64,000 nt of DNA from the IMG/VR virus record IMGVR_UViG_3300016471_000517, positions 32,001-96,000 of that record; one strand, given 5' to 3'. Within the stretch, counting starts at the first letter, position 1. Each line of letters opens with the position of its first letter. Origin of the DNA: a virus. Below the pieces are notes generated by a model. The model did no database searches. It saw nothing but the letters and a program-made list of their open reading frames with translations, and was not told the DNA's origin. The position numbers and the translations under genes are program-made. Below, in pieces: positions 16,057 through 25,191 of the stretch.

Positions 16057-18291
16057 TTATTCTGGAACCCAAACATAATTTGGTGGGGTTGAAACATTTC
16101 TCTCAATCCATACTCCACACCCATTTCCTTCTACAGTTGTGTCTACCGTAATTGTAGAAGGAATATCTCCATCAGATCCGACTCTATTAAAAACAATAGT
16201 ACCATCTTGTCTAGTTGCACTTGGTGGTGCAGTTATTCTCCAAAGATATTTGCCAGTCTTTAATAAATAACCACCGCTTTTTGCCGTATTGATTATAGAA
16301 TCACCAATTAGCAATCTATCTACTGGGGTATTTATATCACCTGTTGAATTTGAGCAGGGTCTTGATTTTGAATTATAACTTATTGTTCTCCAATTATCAA
16401 GAGCTGTATTCATTTTTGCTGCAGTGAAAGAGCTTTGAGAATCAAATTGTATTACATACAGAACACCGTGTAATATGGTGTGATATACTAATTCATACCA
16501 ATATCTATAATCATTTGGATACATTGCTGGGATTCCACCAATCCCATTTACAGATATCCAAGGAGTGTGAACCTGCCAGAAATTTGGGTTTGAACGATGC
16601 ATATGACGAATCCACTTTAAATCGTCTATGAATTGTTTGTGTGACGCTTGGTTCCCCCAATTTTCATCAGAAATATTGTTGGCATATCTTACAAGATTTC
16701 CGGGACCTAGATAAGGATTTTCATTGTGGCCACACCAAGTATATCGTTCTCTGTCTGTAGATGGGTTGGTGATATATCCAGAAATGTAAGTTATTCCACC
16801 AAAAGTATTCCATATTATATTTCCACTCCAACTGTAGAATCCTTTTCCTCCGCTTGAATTGGCAAAATCTGGTTGACAAAAAACTTGATCATTAGAATCT
16901 CTTGCCAACCAAGCTTCTTCTGCAGATATTGGATAATTTTCATAATTAGAATAAGTACATCCCGAATATCTCTCAACTTCTTGAAATGCTTCTGTGAACA
17001 TTCTTGTTGCGTAGTATCCATTCATAAACTGATGTAAGGTACCATACCAAGCCGCTTGTTTGTACGTATCATCTATTTTTTCTGTATTTACTGGGCCAGG
17101 TCCAAAGAAACTAAACTGTTTAAAATAATCTCCAGCAGCGTTGTCAAAATCTCCTGGGTGGGTTATACCAGCCCATCTTGTTAGAAGTGTTCCAGCGGTT
17201 CCTGTGTAATTTGGCTGTGAACTTATAATTTTGTAATTGTCTATTACTGATTGTCCAACTGGCTTCCCTGTGTTTGGATCGATGAAAGATTCAAGTCTAT
17301 CGTCTACTACGACAGCCCCTATTATTCTTGCGTCTAAGGTCCATCCCCTATAGGAAGGGAAAGCAACTATTGGATTGCCATTTATGTCGAAACTAGTGGG
17401 TCTGGTGGTTGTCCATCCGGTGTTATAACCGTACAAACCGTATAATGGAGCAACGTTTTCCTTATCATCGCAGAAATAATCTATGTTTATATTTTGAGAA
17501 TCTAGGTAATTCAATACATTTAGTAAATGATTTTTACAATCAGTATATTGGTTATCTGCCCACGGACTTAAAAATCTTCCACCAGCAAATGTAAAACCAT
17601 CTGTAGTCGCTTTATAATAATCGTGTTTATCTCTTGTCCAAGAAGCCAAATCGTCCCAATACACATAAGTGCTTGCAACTCTTCTTGTTTCCGGGATTGT
17701 TTGTATTTTATTTAAAAAAGTTGTATAGCTCATAGAAACAGATGGCCCAGCTTGTCTGAATCCATTAAACACATTTGATGTTAATGCTGGCATTGGAACT
17801 ATTCCAAAAGTTGAATAGCTTTCTGTATTCCAATTCGGTGGATCATTGATAAACGACGTGGCCCATACTTCATAGTCCAAAGCAGATGTTGGTTCTGGCA
17901 ATGGTGGAAGACTAATTGTAGATTTTTTATTAAATTCATTGCTATATGCAAGATCAATCATGTCTCCAATCAACTGTTCTAATGTTGAAGCAATTTTTCC
18001 AAAAGAATTTGCCCAAGCATTTCTTGATTTACTATAATAAAAAACACCATATGGATTTGTAAAAAGAACCCAGTCATTTATCTGTTGTTTGTTATTTAAT
18101 TTATTTGGTGATCTGTTTATAAAGGAATTAACTTTATTTTGTAGTCCTTCATTTAAAGTTTTAAAATTTGTAGAATTTTCTTTTAAACTTTGATAAAGTT
18201 GCGTTATTTCATTTTTTCCAGGTAAATATCTTTGTTCAATTGCTCTTTTTGTAAAAATTTTCTTTATAAAATCTTCATTAGGATGATTCAT
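16057..18291 (-). CDS. large late protein, unknown function (aromatic-rich globular domain)
   Basis: 744 aa ORF; ATAAATA late promoter 5-6 nt upstream. Confidence 0.75.
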   Translation of the reverse strand: MNHPNEDFIKKIFTKRAIEQRYLPGKNEITQLYQSLKENSTNFKTLNEGLQNKVNSFINRSPNKLNNKQQINDWVLFTNPYGVFYYSKSRNAWANSFGKIASTLEQLIGDMIDLAYSNEFNKKSTISLPPLPEPTSALDYEVWATSFINDPPNWNTESYSTFGIVPMPALTSNVFNGFRQAGPSVSMSYTTFLNKIQTIPETRRVASTYVYWDDLASWTRDKHDYYKATTDGFTFAGGRFLSPWADNQYTDCKNHLLNVLNYLDSQNINIDYFCDDKENVAPLYGLYGYNTGWTTTRPTSFDINGNPIVAFPSYRGWTLDARIIGAVVVDDRLESFIDPNTGKPVGQSVIDNYKIISSQPNYTGTAGTLLTRWAGITHPGDFDNAAGDYFKQFSFFGPGPVNTEKIDDTYKQAAWYGTLHQFMNGYYATRMFTEAFQEVERYSGCTYSNYENYPISAEEAWLARDSNDQVFCQPDFANSSGGKGFYSWSGNIIWNTFGGITYISGYITNPSTDRERYTWCGHNENPYLGPGNLVRYANNISDENWGNQASHKQFIDDLKWIRHMHRSNPNFWQVHTPWISVNGIGGIPAMYPNDYRYWYELVYHTILHGVLYVIQFDSQSSFTAAKMNTALDNWRTISYNSKSRPCSNSTGDINTPVDRLLIGDSIINTAKSGGYLLKTGKYLWRITAPPSATRQDGTIVFNRVGSDGDIPSTITVDTTVEGNGCGVWIERNVSTPPNYVWVPE

Positions 18292-18313
18292 AAAAATATT
18301 TATTCCAAAAGAA

Positions 18314-18362
18314 ACAACCCCGAACTTCTCGGGGTTGTCGGACCTGAGATTCTATCTCGGGT
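18314..18362 (-). terminator. tandem hairpins, second with U-tract
   Basis: minus strand ACAACCCCGAGAAGTTCGGGGTTGT-TTCTTTT. Confidence 0.7.
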
Positions 18363-18391
18363 GGGGTTATCTTCTTCGTGACATGTGTTCA

Positions 18392-19003
18392 TCAGCTATA
18401 GTGTAAATGATCTCTTATTTTATCTAAGAAGTGTGCAGCTGGATGATTTCCGTGCCCAGCGTTATCCAATATTCTAATTGCTTTGGTCAAATCATTGATA
18501 TGCTTTTGTACATTTGCACCCTCTGGTATACGGCCACCTTGACCAATCATCAAAACTTCATCCTCTACATGTGGTAAAATTTGTCTATGAATTTCTGGAG
18601 GAAGTGGAGTGTACATTTCTGCATCTTCTGGCTCATAGCCTTCTGTGCTATTTTTGACAAAAAGATCTGCCAACATCTCTGATGGCAAACCTTTTTTAGA
18701 TTCATTTAATTTTCTTGGGAACCCACCATAAAAAATATAACCATCAGTTACAACGGTTCCTTCATTAATTGGTTTTTTCTTGTTTTTCATTTCTTGTCCT
18801 ATTGCTTCTCTTCTGTTTTTAAGATATTTGTCTCTTGATGTGTTTGCTTTTCCATCATTATCGATATCTTCATCTTCTTTGCCTACAGGATCTAGACTAG
18901 ACTTCTTTTTCTTCTTTTTCTTTGAAAGCATGGCTTCAAGAAGTTTAATTCTTTGTGTCAATTCTTCGCAAAGTTGTTTGTAATATAATCCAGAGTTTTT
19001 CAT
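18392..19003 (-). CDS. putative virion protein with LDPVGKEDxDIDNDG motif
   Basis: coiled-coil leader; motif seen in T4-like phage proteins; late promoter. Confidence 0.75.
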   Translation of the reverse strand: MKNSGLYYKQLCEELTQRIKLLEAMLSKKKKKKKSSLDPVGKEDEDIDNDGKANTSRDKYLKNRREAIGQEMKNKKKPINEGTVVTDGYIFYGGFPRKLNESKKGLPSEMLADLFVKNSTEGYEPEDAEMYTPLPPEIHRQILPHVEDEVLMIGQGGRIPEGANVQKHINDLTKAIRILDNAGHGNHPAAHFLDKIRDHLHYS

Positions 19004-19018
19004 AATAATATTTAGATA

Positions 19019-19483
19019 TTAAACCATTCCATGCATTCTTTTGAGACGGTCAACTTCGCCTCTCATATAGTTTCCTATTGCAGTGTTTGTTGTCTGCCAC
19101 GTTGCTTGCTGGGGAACTTCAACTTCAGCAGTTTCTGGGTTATCCGAATATCTTTGCAAAATATCTCTTAATCCATATTCACCAAGTCCATATGGTTCAA
19201 GGCCGTGCTGTGCTCTTGGATCAAGCGGATCTTGCGCCATGGGTGGTTGCATTCCTTGTTCTTCTTCAGCCGGAACTTCAGTTTCAGACTTTCTTCTTCT
19301 AGCTGATTTTCCTTTTGTACGAACAACAGGTTCTTCACCAACTTGATACGCAGGATCTTGTGCTGACATTCCAGGTGAAATAGATATCTGCTCATCCAAC
19401 AGTTTTAATTGTTGGATGAGCTTCAATCTCTGTTCTTCAAGAATTGCGCAACGAAGTTTGTAAAAATTATCTAATGGATGCAT
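19019..19483 (-). CDS. putative virion protein
   Basis: coiled-coil leader ending LLDE; late promoter. Confidence 0.7.
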   Translation of the reverse strand: MHPLDNFYKLRCAILEEQRLKLIQQLKLLDEQISISPGMSAQDPAYQVGEEPVVRTKGKSARRRKSETEVPAEEEQGMQPPMAQDPLDPRAQHGLEPYGLGEYGLRDILQRYSDNPETAEVEVPQQATWQTTNTAIGNYMRGEVDRLKRMHGMV

Positions 19484-19492
19484 ACAACTTAT

Positions 19493-19864
19493 TTAATTAG
19501 ATTGTTGAAATGAATTTGATGGTGGTGGTGGTGGTGGTGGTACAGTCCCAAAATCATTTCCACCTCCAAAGAAGGGGACCCACGCAGGGTTCCAATGTGG
19601 TTGATAAGTTATAGGTCTACCGAAAAGATCTGAATCAATTTGGCGTGGTTGACCTTGAAAAACTTGATCTAATATTTGTTGATGGCTCGGGGGTTTTTTG
19701 TTCGGATATAATCTCTCAAATGCGTCAAGATAATTCCTAATCATAGCCATAAGCCGGTTTTCATCTACGTAACTTAACACAGGACCGTCTTCATTTAAAT
19801 AATTTAATTTATTTTCAAAAAGAGCTACTTTGTATTTGATAATATTTGAATATTTTTTATTCAT
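19493..19864 (-). CDS. putative virion protein, Pro-rich tail
   Basis: leader ending YLNE; TATAAATA at 19881-19888. Confidence 0.7.
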   Translation of the reverse strand: MNKKYSNIIKYKVALFENKLNYLNEDGPVLSYVDENRLMAMIRNYLDAFERLYPNKKPPSHQQILDQVFQGQPRQIDSDLFGRPITYQPHWNPAWVPFFGGGNDFGTVPPPPPPPSNSFQQSN

Positions 19865-19894
19865 AATTCTTCCCGTAAAGTATTTATACCAATA

Positions 19895-20200
19895 AAAATC
19901 CCGGTTTTTCAGATGCGGGAAAACCGGGAAACCCCACTGCTTTAAGCAGCCATCCGCATTGGTGCGGCTTTTATATTTGCAACTGTTTATTTACGACACT
20001 TGTTACCCGTGTCGGGTATCTCCTTCTTCATTACTCTGCGCCAATCGAAGCCATTTCAGCCCCTTAAATGCCCCGCTGCAACGAGGACTTGAATCGCCAT
20101 TCCCAGAGTTTGCAGAGGTTCTGGGTTAGGCTAATGGAGCCGAGGGGAATCGAACCCCTGTCTTGTTCGCATTTCAATCCGATATCAACAATACCGATAT
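19895..20200 (-). ncRNA. ssrA: two-piece (circularly permuted) tmRNA
   Basis: acceptor piece ...GACAGGGGTTCGATTCCCCTCGGCTCCA (ends 20135) precedes coding piece GGGGCTGAAATGGCTTCGA (starts 20063); G3-U70; tag ANIKAAPMRMAA-stop at 19980-19942. Confidence 0.9.
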
Positions 20201-20814
20201 TATTTATCTTCCTCAATATCGTAATAATATTGGTCATCTTCTCCGGTCAAAATCCAACGATCACTTTTATCTTCGCATCTATAAATTTTATTATCAACTT
20301 TATAATCTGGATTTTCTGGAAATGGTTTTGTAGTAAATGACATATGTTTCCAAAAAATTCTATTATTTGGTTGGAGTGTATAGTTTCCATCATCCAACTC
20401 AATCATATGTAAACATTTGTATTGGCTTGGTTCATCGCTAAAGGGATTTCCATACCAATCAAATGTCATCATGTAATTTCCCCAACAATGAGTTTTGTCT
20501 TTGAAAATTACCTTTGCTCTTGCAGGTTTTAAGTATTCATAAACAGTTACAGTGCAATTAATAGAAAAGCAATCCCAAAGTTGAAGATAATCGAGTGGCT
20601 TTCCTTGAGAGGGCTTACTGCAAAGTTTATGAACAGGAACTCTACTTCTTACGGTTCCATTGTCCAGAAGGACTGTGAACAGCATTGCTCTATCTGGATT
20701 TGACTGTGCCCCAAACACGGTAACTTTTTCATATTCGCCTTTAAATTTTTCATCTTGATAGAGATGTTCCTTTCTCAAGAGACAATAAAAGTGTGGAATA
20801 TTTAAGTTGTACAT
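20200..20814 (-). CDS. conserved phage hypothetical protein
   Basis: MYNLNIPHF start 3 nt after tRNA-Tyr; LQLWDCFS, QPNNRI motifs. Confidence 0.8.
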   Translation of the reverse strand: MYNLNIPHFYCLLRKEHLYQDEKFKGEYEKVTVFGAQSNPDRAMLFTVLLDNGTVRSRVPVHKLCSKPSQGKPLDYLQLWDCFSINCTVTVYEYLKPARAKVIFKDKTHCWGNYMMTFDWYGNPFSDEPSQYKCLHMIELDDGNYTLQPNNRIFWKHMSFTTKPFPENPDYKVDNKIYRCEDKSDRWILTGEDDQYYYDIEEDK

Positions 20815-20816
20815 AA

Positions 20817-20898
20817 TGCGAGCAGGAGGATTCGAACCTTCGTAGGCTATGCCATCTGATTTACAGTCAGACCTCGTTGACCACTTGAGTATACTCGC
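20817..20898 (-). tRNA. tRNA-Tyr(GUA)
   Basis: TCTGA-CTGTAAA-TCAGA, long variable arm, GGTTCGAATCC. Confidence 0.92.
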
Positions 20899-20904
20899 TA
20901 AAAA

Positions 20905-21045
20905 CGGGCATTGAATCCTTTTTCCAAGGCCGATCAAGCCTTGGGAAGTATAGTACTAGCCCTTCGCGTTCTTCTGAGGTATTCGCGCCCCACCTCTGAT
21001 TACTGCGGGGTATCAGTTATCCCTAAGCAGCTTTATAGTCGATGC
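20905..21045 (-). ncRNA. unassigned structured RNA/leader with two predicted pseudoknots
   Basis: GC-rich non-coding stretch between promoter and tRNA-Tyr with multiple complementary segments. Confidence 0.5.
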
Positions 21046-21048
21046 ACT

Positions 21049-21107
21049 AGTATATATCACAATTGTTGTTTGTCAATAGTTGACTTTTATTTTTTGTGTA
21101 GTATATT
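21049..21107. promoter_or_regulatory. divergent sigma70-type promoters
   Basis: minus TTGACA(21076)-16-TATACT; plus TTGACT(21080)-16-TATATT with ATG at 21114. Confidence 0.7.
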
Positions 21108-21113
21108 TTTATC

Positions 21114-21287
21114 ATGTTCAAACACATCAAAAACAATTTCGTTCTTCGTGATTATTCTGAGAGAGTTCTTGCAATTTTAATGTCAGTCATGGCTGGCATC
21201 ATGGCACACATGGGAGAAACATGGTTTGCTATTGCAATTGTCTCTTTTGTATTGATTGATCCAAAATGGTTTAAGGATGTAAAATGA
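21114..21287 (+). CDS. 57-aa membrane protein (not in ORF track)
   Basis: MFKHIKNNFVLRDYSERVLAILMSVMAG...; ATGA overlap with next gene. Confidence 0.6.
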   Translation: MFKHIKNNFVLRDYSERVLAILMSVMAGIMAHMGETWFAIAIVSFVLIDPKWFKDVK

Positions 21288-21631
21288 AAAGAAAAACAAA
21301 AACCGTACCATTCATATTAAATGACTTTGATTTGGTATCATATCTTTTAGAGGATGCTGATGAAAAGTTTAATAAGTCTTTAGAAGAGATGCCTTTTACT
21401 TTACTTCTGCAAAATTATGCAGACTATTGTGAAGCAATCGGTACTCTTGTCAAGGAAAGAAAATCAAATAGCAAAGATCCGAGAATCACCAAACTTTATG
21501 AACGTAAGTATCTATTGGGAGAGAGACTTAAGTTGAAAATGTTTGACACTCAAGAAGAGGCAAATAGAGCAAATTATCATTACGATATGATTGCTGATGA
21601 ATATTGGCAATTGAAGAATAAATCAAAATAA
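21284..21631 (+). CDS. hypothetical protein
   Basis: 115 aa ORF. Confidence 0.7.
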   Translation: MKRKTKTVPFILNDFDLVSYLLEDADEKFNKSLEEMPFTLLLQNYADYCEAIGTLVKERKSNSKDPRITKLYERKYLLGERLKLKMFDTQEEANRANYHYDMIADEYWQLKNKSK

Positions 21632-21647
21632 TTTGATTTAATTATTT

Positions 21648-22247
21648 TTATTCTTCTGGTGGTTGTGGATAACTTATATTACCAATTTTTCTATAATAAA
21701 TTTGTTGTGCCGAAAGTGTAGTGTTTCCGGGTAATATTTCATGTGCAAATGTAATTCCTGTTATAGCATTTGCGGTTGCACCACCACCAGCAGCAGTCAA
21801 AAATGAATTTGTGGTATATTTTAAATAAAACACTTCAAATCTATCACTCGAATTCCCACTATTAGGAGAGCTTGCAAAATTTACAGAACCGCTTGTTGTA
21901 TAATTCCAACCAATTTTTGGTTCATTTGATTGAAAATCTATAAAAAAACTTGGAGCAAAACAAGAAGCTACGGCATAATCTCCGAGATTAGGATCACCCC
22001 CATATAACGAATATTGGTATCTATTATTTAAATAAAGATAAGATAAATTGTTTGCTGTGGCTCCAGCCAATGAACCTCTTGAAAAATATGGTGTTTTGCT
22101 ATATAACTCTTCGGAATTGCCACTTGAAATCCAAAAAGATGCTCCCTCTATTGCTCCACCAGTATTTCCAAATTTTGGAAGACTTTTTGAATCAATATTA
22201 GATCTTAATTTTAATATTCCTGTTAATAATGTTGGTTGTGTTGGCAT
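21648..22247 (-). CDS. putative structural protein
   Basis: Ser/Gly/Thr-rich beta-type sequence in late operon. Confidence 0.65.
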   Translation of the reverse strand: MPTQPTLLTGILKLRSNIDSKSLPKFGNTGGAIEGASFWISSGNSEELYSKTPYFSRGSLAGATANNLSYLYLNNRYQYSLYGGDPNLGDYAVASCFAPSFFIDFQSNEPKIGWNYTTSGSVNFASSPNSGNSSDRFEVFYLKYTTNSFLTAAGGGATANAITGITFAHEILPGNTTLSAQQIYYRKIGNISYPQPPEE

Positions 22248-22253
22248 TTTACT

Positions 22254-23399
22254 TTACAATTGAGATTGTACCTCTGAAACTTTATTTATTAACTCTGTAA
22301 CTTTATTTTGAAATAAAATTAATCGTCCATTCATAGTCGGTCGTGTATCATTATTTAACGAATAAAAATAATAAGGCGATATATCGGTTTTTTCTGTTAA
22401 ATAATCCATCATTATATTTACTGTTCCGGCATGCATCGGTCCTGATACATTTCCTTTGTTATTAGAAAAGCCTGCACCAAATCCATGCATAACATTATAA
22501 AGTTTATTATTTTTTTTGTAAACTAAAATACCGGATGAATCTCCAACCCAAAATCTGCTATTAACTGGGCCTATTGCTGTCATATAAAAAGAAGCCACCG
22601 GATACCTTTCTGCAAATTGATCAAAATAAATAAATAAACTCACCTCAGTAATTGGACAAACAGTATCGCTGCCCCCTATGTAATATAAATTTTGTAAATT
22701 TGTTATTGTGTAGTTATGCGTAATTAGAGTTGTATAATTTAAATAATCTGTAATAGATATATTTTGATCTTTTAATATTGATAGAATTGACACCGATTGT
22801 ACAAATGGGGATGATGATTGTGGTGGATTTGAATTTGATCTAAATTTCATCAAACCAAAATCTTGTTCCATAGCATAATAAAATGTTGCTCCGTTTTGAA
22901 AACCTGGAATTTCTGGTGATCCTGCAAAATACTGTGGTTGAGCAAAATTTGGTGGATCAGAAACACAATTATAAATTCCTTCAAATTCTGTATAATAAGT
23001 GTAACCATCAAAATTTGGATGCCAATATGCCCAACCATAATTTGCAGTTAATCCTGTTTGTTTTACTATACTAGGAACAAGCGAAGGCAAGGAATCGCTG
23101 GGCTTACCAGCCATATAATGTATGCATCCAGAAAAATTTGTAGGAGATATTTTCCAAGAAAGTGGTATATTACAATTATAATAATTTGGCAATTCTGAAT
23201 CTGGTGTTCCGGGTGGTATTTGTCCACTCCAACTTATACCACCGTTTTCATATCTTCTACTTCTAAGCCCTATTGTTTTATAACTTTCTCGGGCATCATA
23301 CAATATACAATTTGTATTCAAACCAATCGGCATACCAGAATTTCCTGGTCCATATAAATATAAATCATGAAGTGTTGGGTTGTAAGATGGAAAATACAT
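22254..23399 (-). CDS. late protein with possible trypsin-like fold
   Basis: ISP....CIHY, DFGLMKF, GDSSG in order. Confidence 0.55.
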   Translation of the reverse strand: MYFPSYNPTLHDLYLYGPGNSGMPIGLNTNCILYDARESYKTIGLRSRRYENGGISWSGQIPPGTPDSELPNYYNCNIPLSWKISPTNFSGCIHYMAGKPSDSLPSLVPSIVKQTGLTANYGWAYWHPNFDGYTYYTEFEGIYNCVSDPPNFAQPQYFAGSPEIPGFQNGATFYYAMEQDFGLMKFRSNSNPPQSSSPFVQSVSILSILKDQNISITDYLNYTTLITHNYTITNLQNLYYIGGSDTVCPITEVSLFIYFDQFAERYPVASFYMTAIGPVNSRFWVGDSSGILVYKKNNKLYNVMHGFGAGFSNNKGNVSGPMHAGTVNIMMDYLTEKTDISPYYFYSLNNDTRPTMNGRLILFQNKVTELINKVSEVQSQL

Positions 23400-23400
23400 T

Positions 23401-24261
23401 TTAAAATATAGTCCACTGATTTCCATTTTCATCCACTGTAATCCCACCTATCGTATCAAAGTTGCTAGGATAAGCTTGATTTAAAACTGAGTCAATATCA
23501 TTGGCTGATTGTTCTACCAAAGCCAAAGCTTGCAATAAAGTAGCTTCTCTAGCAAAATCTAAATCTGCATCCATACCAGAAATATAAATTTCAACGTCTT
23601 TTCCTTTTCTTGATACACCTACACCCGGTCCGGTAAATATAATATTATTTACAGATTTTATTACATTTTCTTTATTTAAGCCATCATCATAAACTATTCC
23701 TACCGCACCGCCACCTACAGTTGCTGAAAGTTTAGAAACTGTTTGGTGAATTTCTTCAGTTTTCTTTTCTAAGTTTTCTGTTATTACTTTTGCATCAACA
23801 GTAAGTTTTCCATCTTTAAATGATAACGGTTTATCAATCTTTAAATAAGACCCAACTTCTTCACTTAAAGGAATTATTATTTCATTATCTTTTTGAACTT
23901 CTTTGTGCTTAAATATATTTTCCAATCGTCCAAGCAAATTTGGATCAACTGGCGTTGGCTCAAAATTAACAATTTCTGGTATTTTTTTACTTTCTTCCAA
24001 TATGTGGTTTATATGTGAAGAAACATCACCAGAATATGTTCTTTCTTCTGGTTTTGGTCGCAATAAATCATCCAAACCACGCAACAAGCCGTTATCTACT
24101 TTTTGAACATTTTTATTTATTTGTGGTGTTCTATTTCCCGCTATCGTTTTTAATATGTCTTCATTTAAAATATGAGTTTTTGAAATTTTTTGTTGTGGTA
24201 TCCCCTGTCTTTTACCACTCATTATATTCAAAATTTCATTTTTAATCGGATCTTTATTCAT
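23401..24261 (-). CDS. putative fibre/adaptor protein
   Basis: GGGAVGI...KSVN.I.FTG.GV.V.R.GKD domain shared with 60598..62541; late promoter. Confidence 0.65.
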   Translation of the reverse strand: MNKDPIKNEILNIMSGKRQGIPQQKISKTHILNEDILKTIAGNRTPQINKNVQKVDNGLLRGLDDLLRPKPEERTYSGDVSSHINHILEESKKIPEIVNFEPTPVDPNLLGRLENIFKHKEVQKDNEIIIPLSEEVGSYLKIDKPLSFKDGKLTVDAKVITENLEKKTEEIHQTVSKLSATVGGGAVGIVYDDGLNKENVIKSVNNIIFTGPGVGVSRKGKDVEIYISGMDADLDFAREATLLQALALVEQSANDIDSVLNQAYPSNFDTIGGITVDENGNQWTIF

Positions 24262-24308
24262 ACTATTATTTATCTTTACTTTTCAATTACTTGGGTTACA
24301 ATAAAAAA

Positions 24309-24485
24309 ATGAGCAAGAAAGAATTTGAAGAATACATTTACGAATACGGCCATGTCATGTATAGAATTGGAAGAATGGAAACGGATGATAATTCTTCTAC
24401 AAAAGAATATAATAACATGGTAAAGAAAAAAGAAGAACTCACCAAAATATTTGATGAGTTCTTCAAAACTTGTATTAAGTTTTAA
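24309..24485 (+). CDS. small hypothetical protein
   Basis: ATG 7 nt after TACAAT. Confidence 0.55.
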   Translation: MSKKEFEEYIYEYGHVMYRIGRMETDDNSSTKEYNNMVKKKEELTKIFDEFFKTCIKF

Positions 24486-25160
24486 TTAGCGAACTGTACG
24501 ACGAGGTCTGCGTTGTTGTGTTCTTGGGAGTGATTGATTTGGGGATTGAGCTTGTCCTGCAATTCCCCAATTTTGGAGAACTCCTTGATAATTACCACCA
24601 CCTTGTCCTCCCAATGCGAGACCAAGGTCTGCCCCGTCAACTACACCGTCACCATTGATATCACCGTTTACAAAACCTCCACCACCTTGGGTTGGTCTTT
24701 GAGTTTGGAAACTATTTGCTCCACCGATGTTCCCGGTTGGTCTCATTCCTCCACCGAAACCTCCACCGCCTTGGGTTGGTCTTGTTCCGGGGCCAGCAAA
24801 TTGATTTCCTTGATTACCTAGGCCGGTTCCGTACTGTGTGGAACGTTGCATTAGTGGGTTAGTGCCACCTTGTCCACCCAAGAGAATACCAAGATCTGCT
24901 CCGTCAACTACACCATCACGGTTGTAATCAAATTGTGATGAGCTTTGACCATAAGCAGCCAAGAGAGCTGCAAGCATTTGAGGATCGTATCCAGGATTTG
25001 TGGCTTCTGGACGACCAGCTTGTGCAAATGATTGTGCACTTGGAGCCATTGTGCCAGCTGTGATTGCTTCGTTGATCATTCTAACTTCTCTCTCAAGATG
25101 ATTAACTTGAGCTTGAAGTTGTTCTGATAAATTTTTGTAGTAGTTTGTGATGTAATTCAT
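24486..25160 (-). CDS. Gly/Gln-rich late protein with two dockerin/EF-hand-like motifs
   Basis: DYNRDGVVDGADLGILLG and DINGDGVVDGADLGLALG; TATAAATA upstream. Confidence 0.8.
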   Translation of the reverse strand: MNYITNYYKNLSEQLQAQVNHLEREVRMINEAITAGTMAPSAQSFAQAGRPEATNPGYDPQMLAALLAAYGQSSSQFDYNRDGVVDGADLGILLGGQGGTNPLMQRSTQYGTGLGNQGNQFAGPGTRPTQGGGGFGGGMRPTGNIGGANSFQTQRPTQGGGGFVNGDINGDGVVDGADLGLALGGQGGGNYQGVLQNWGIAGQAQSPNQSLPRTQQRRPRRTVR

Positions 25161-25191
25161 GAATTGTTCCTTAGTAATATTATTTATAATT

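Noticed and set aside
20064-21045. tRNA-associated HDV-like (theta) ribozyme
   Set aside because: Could not build the nested double pseudoknot by eye at any tRNA or tmRNA 3' end.
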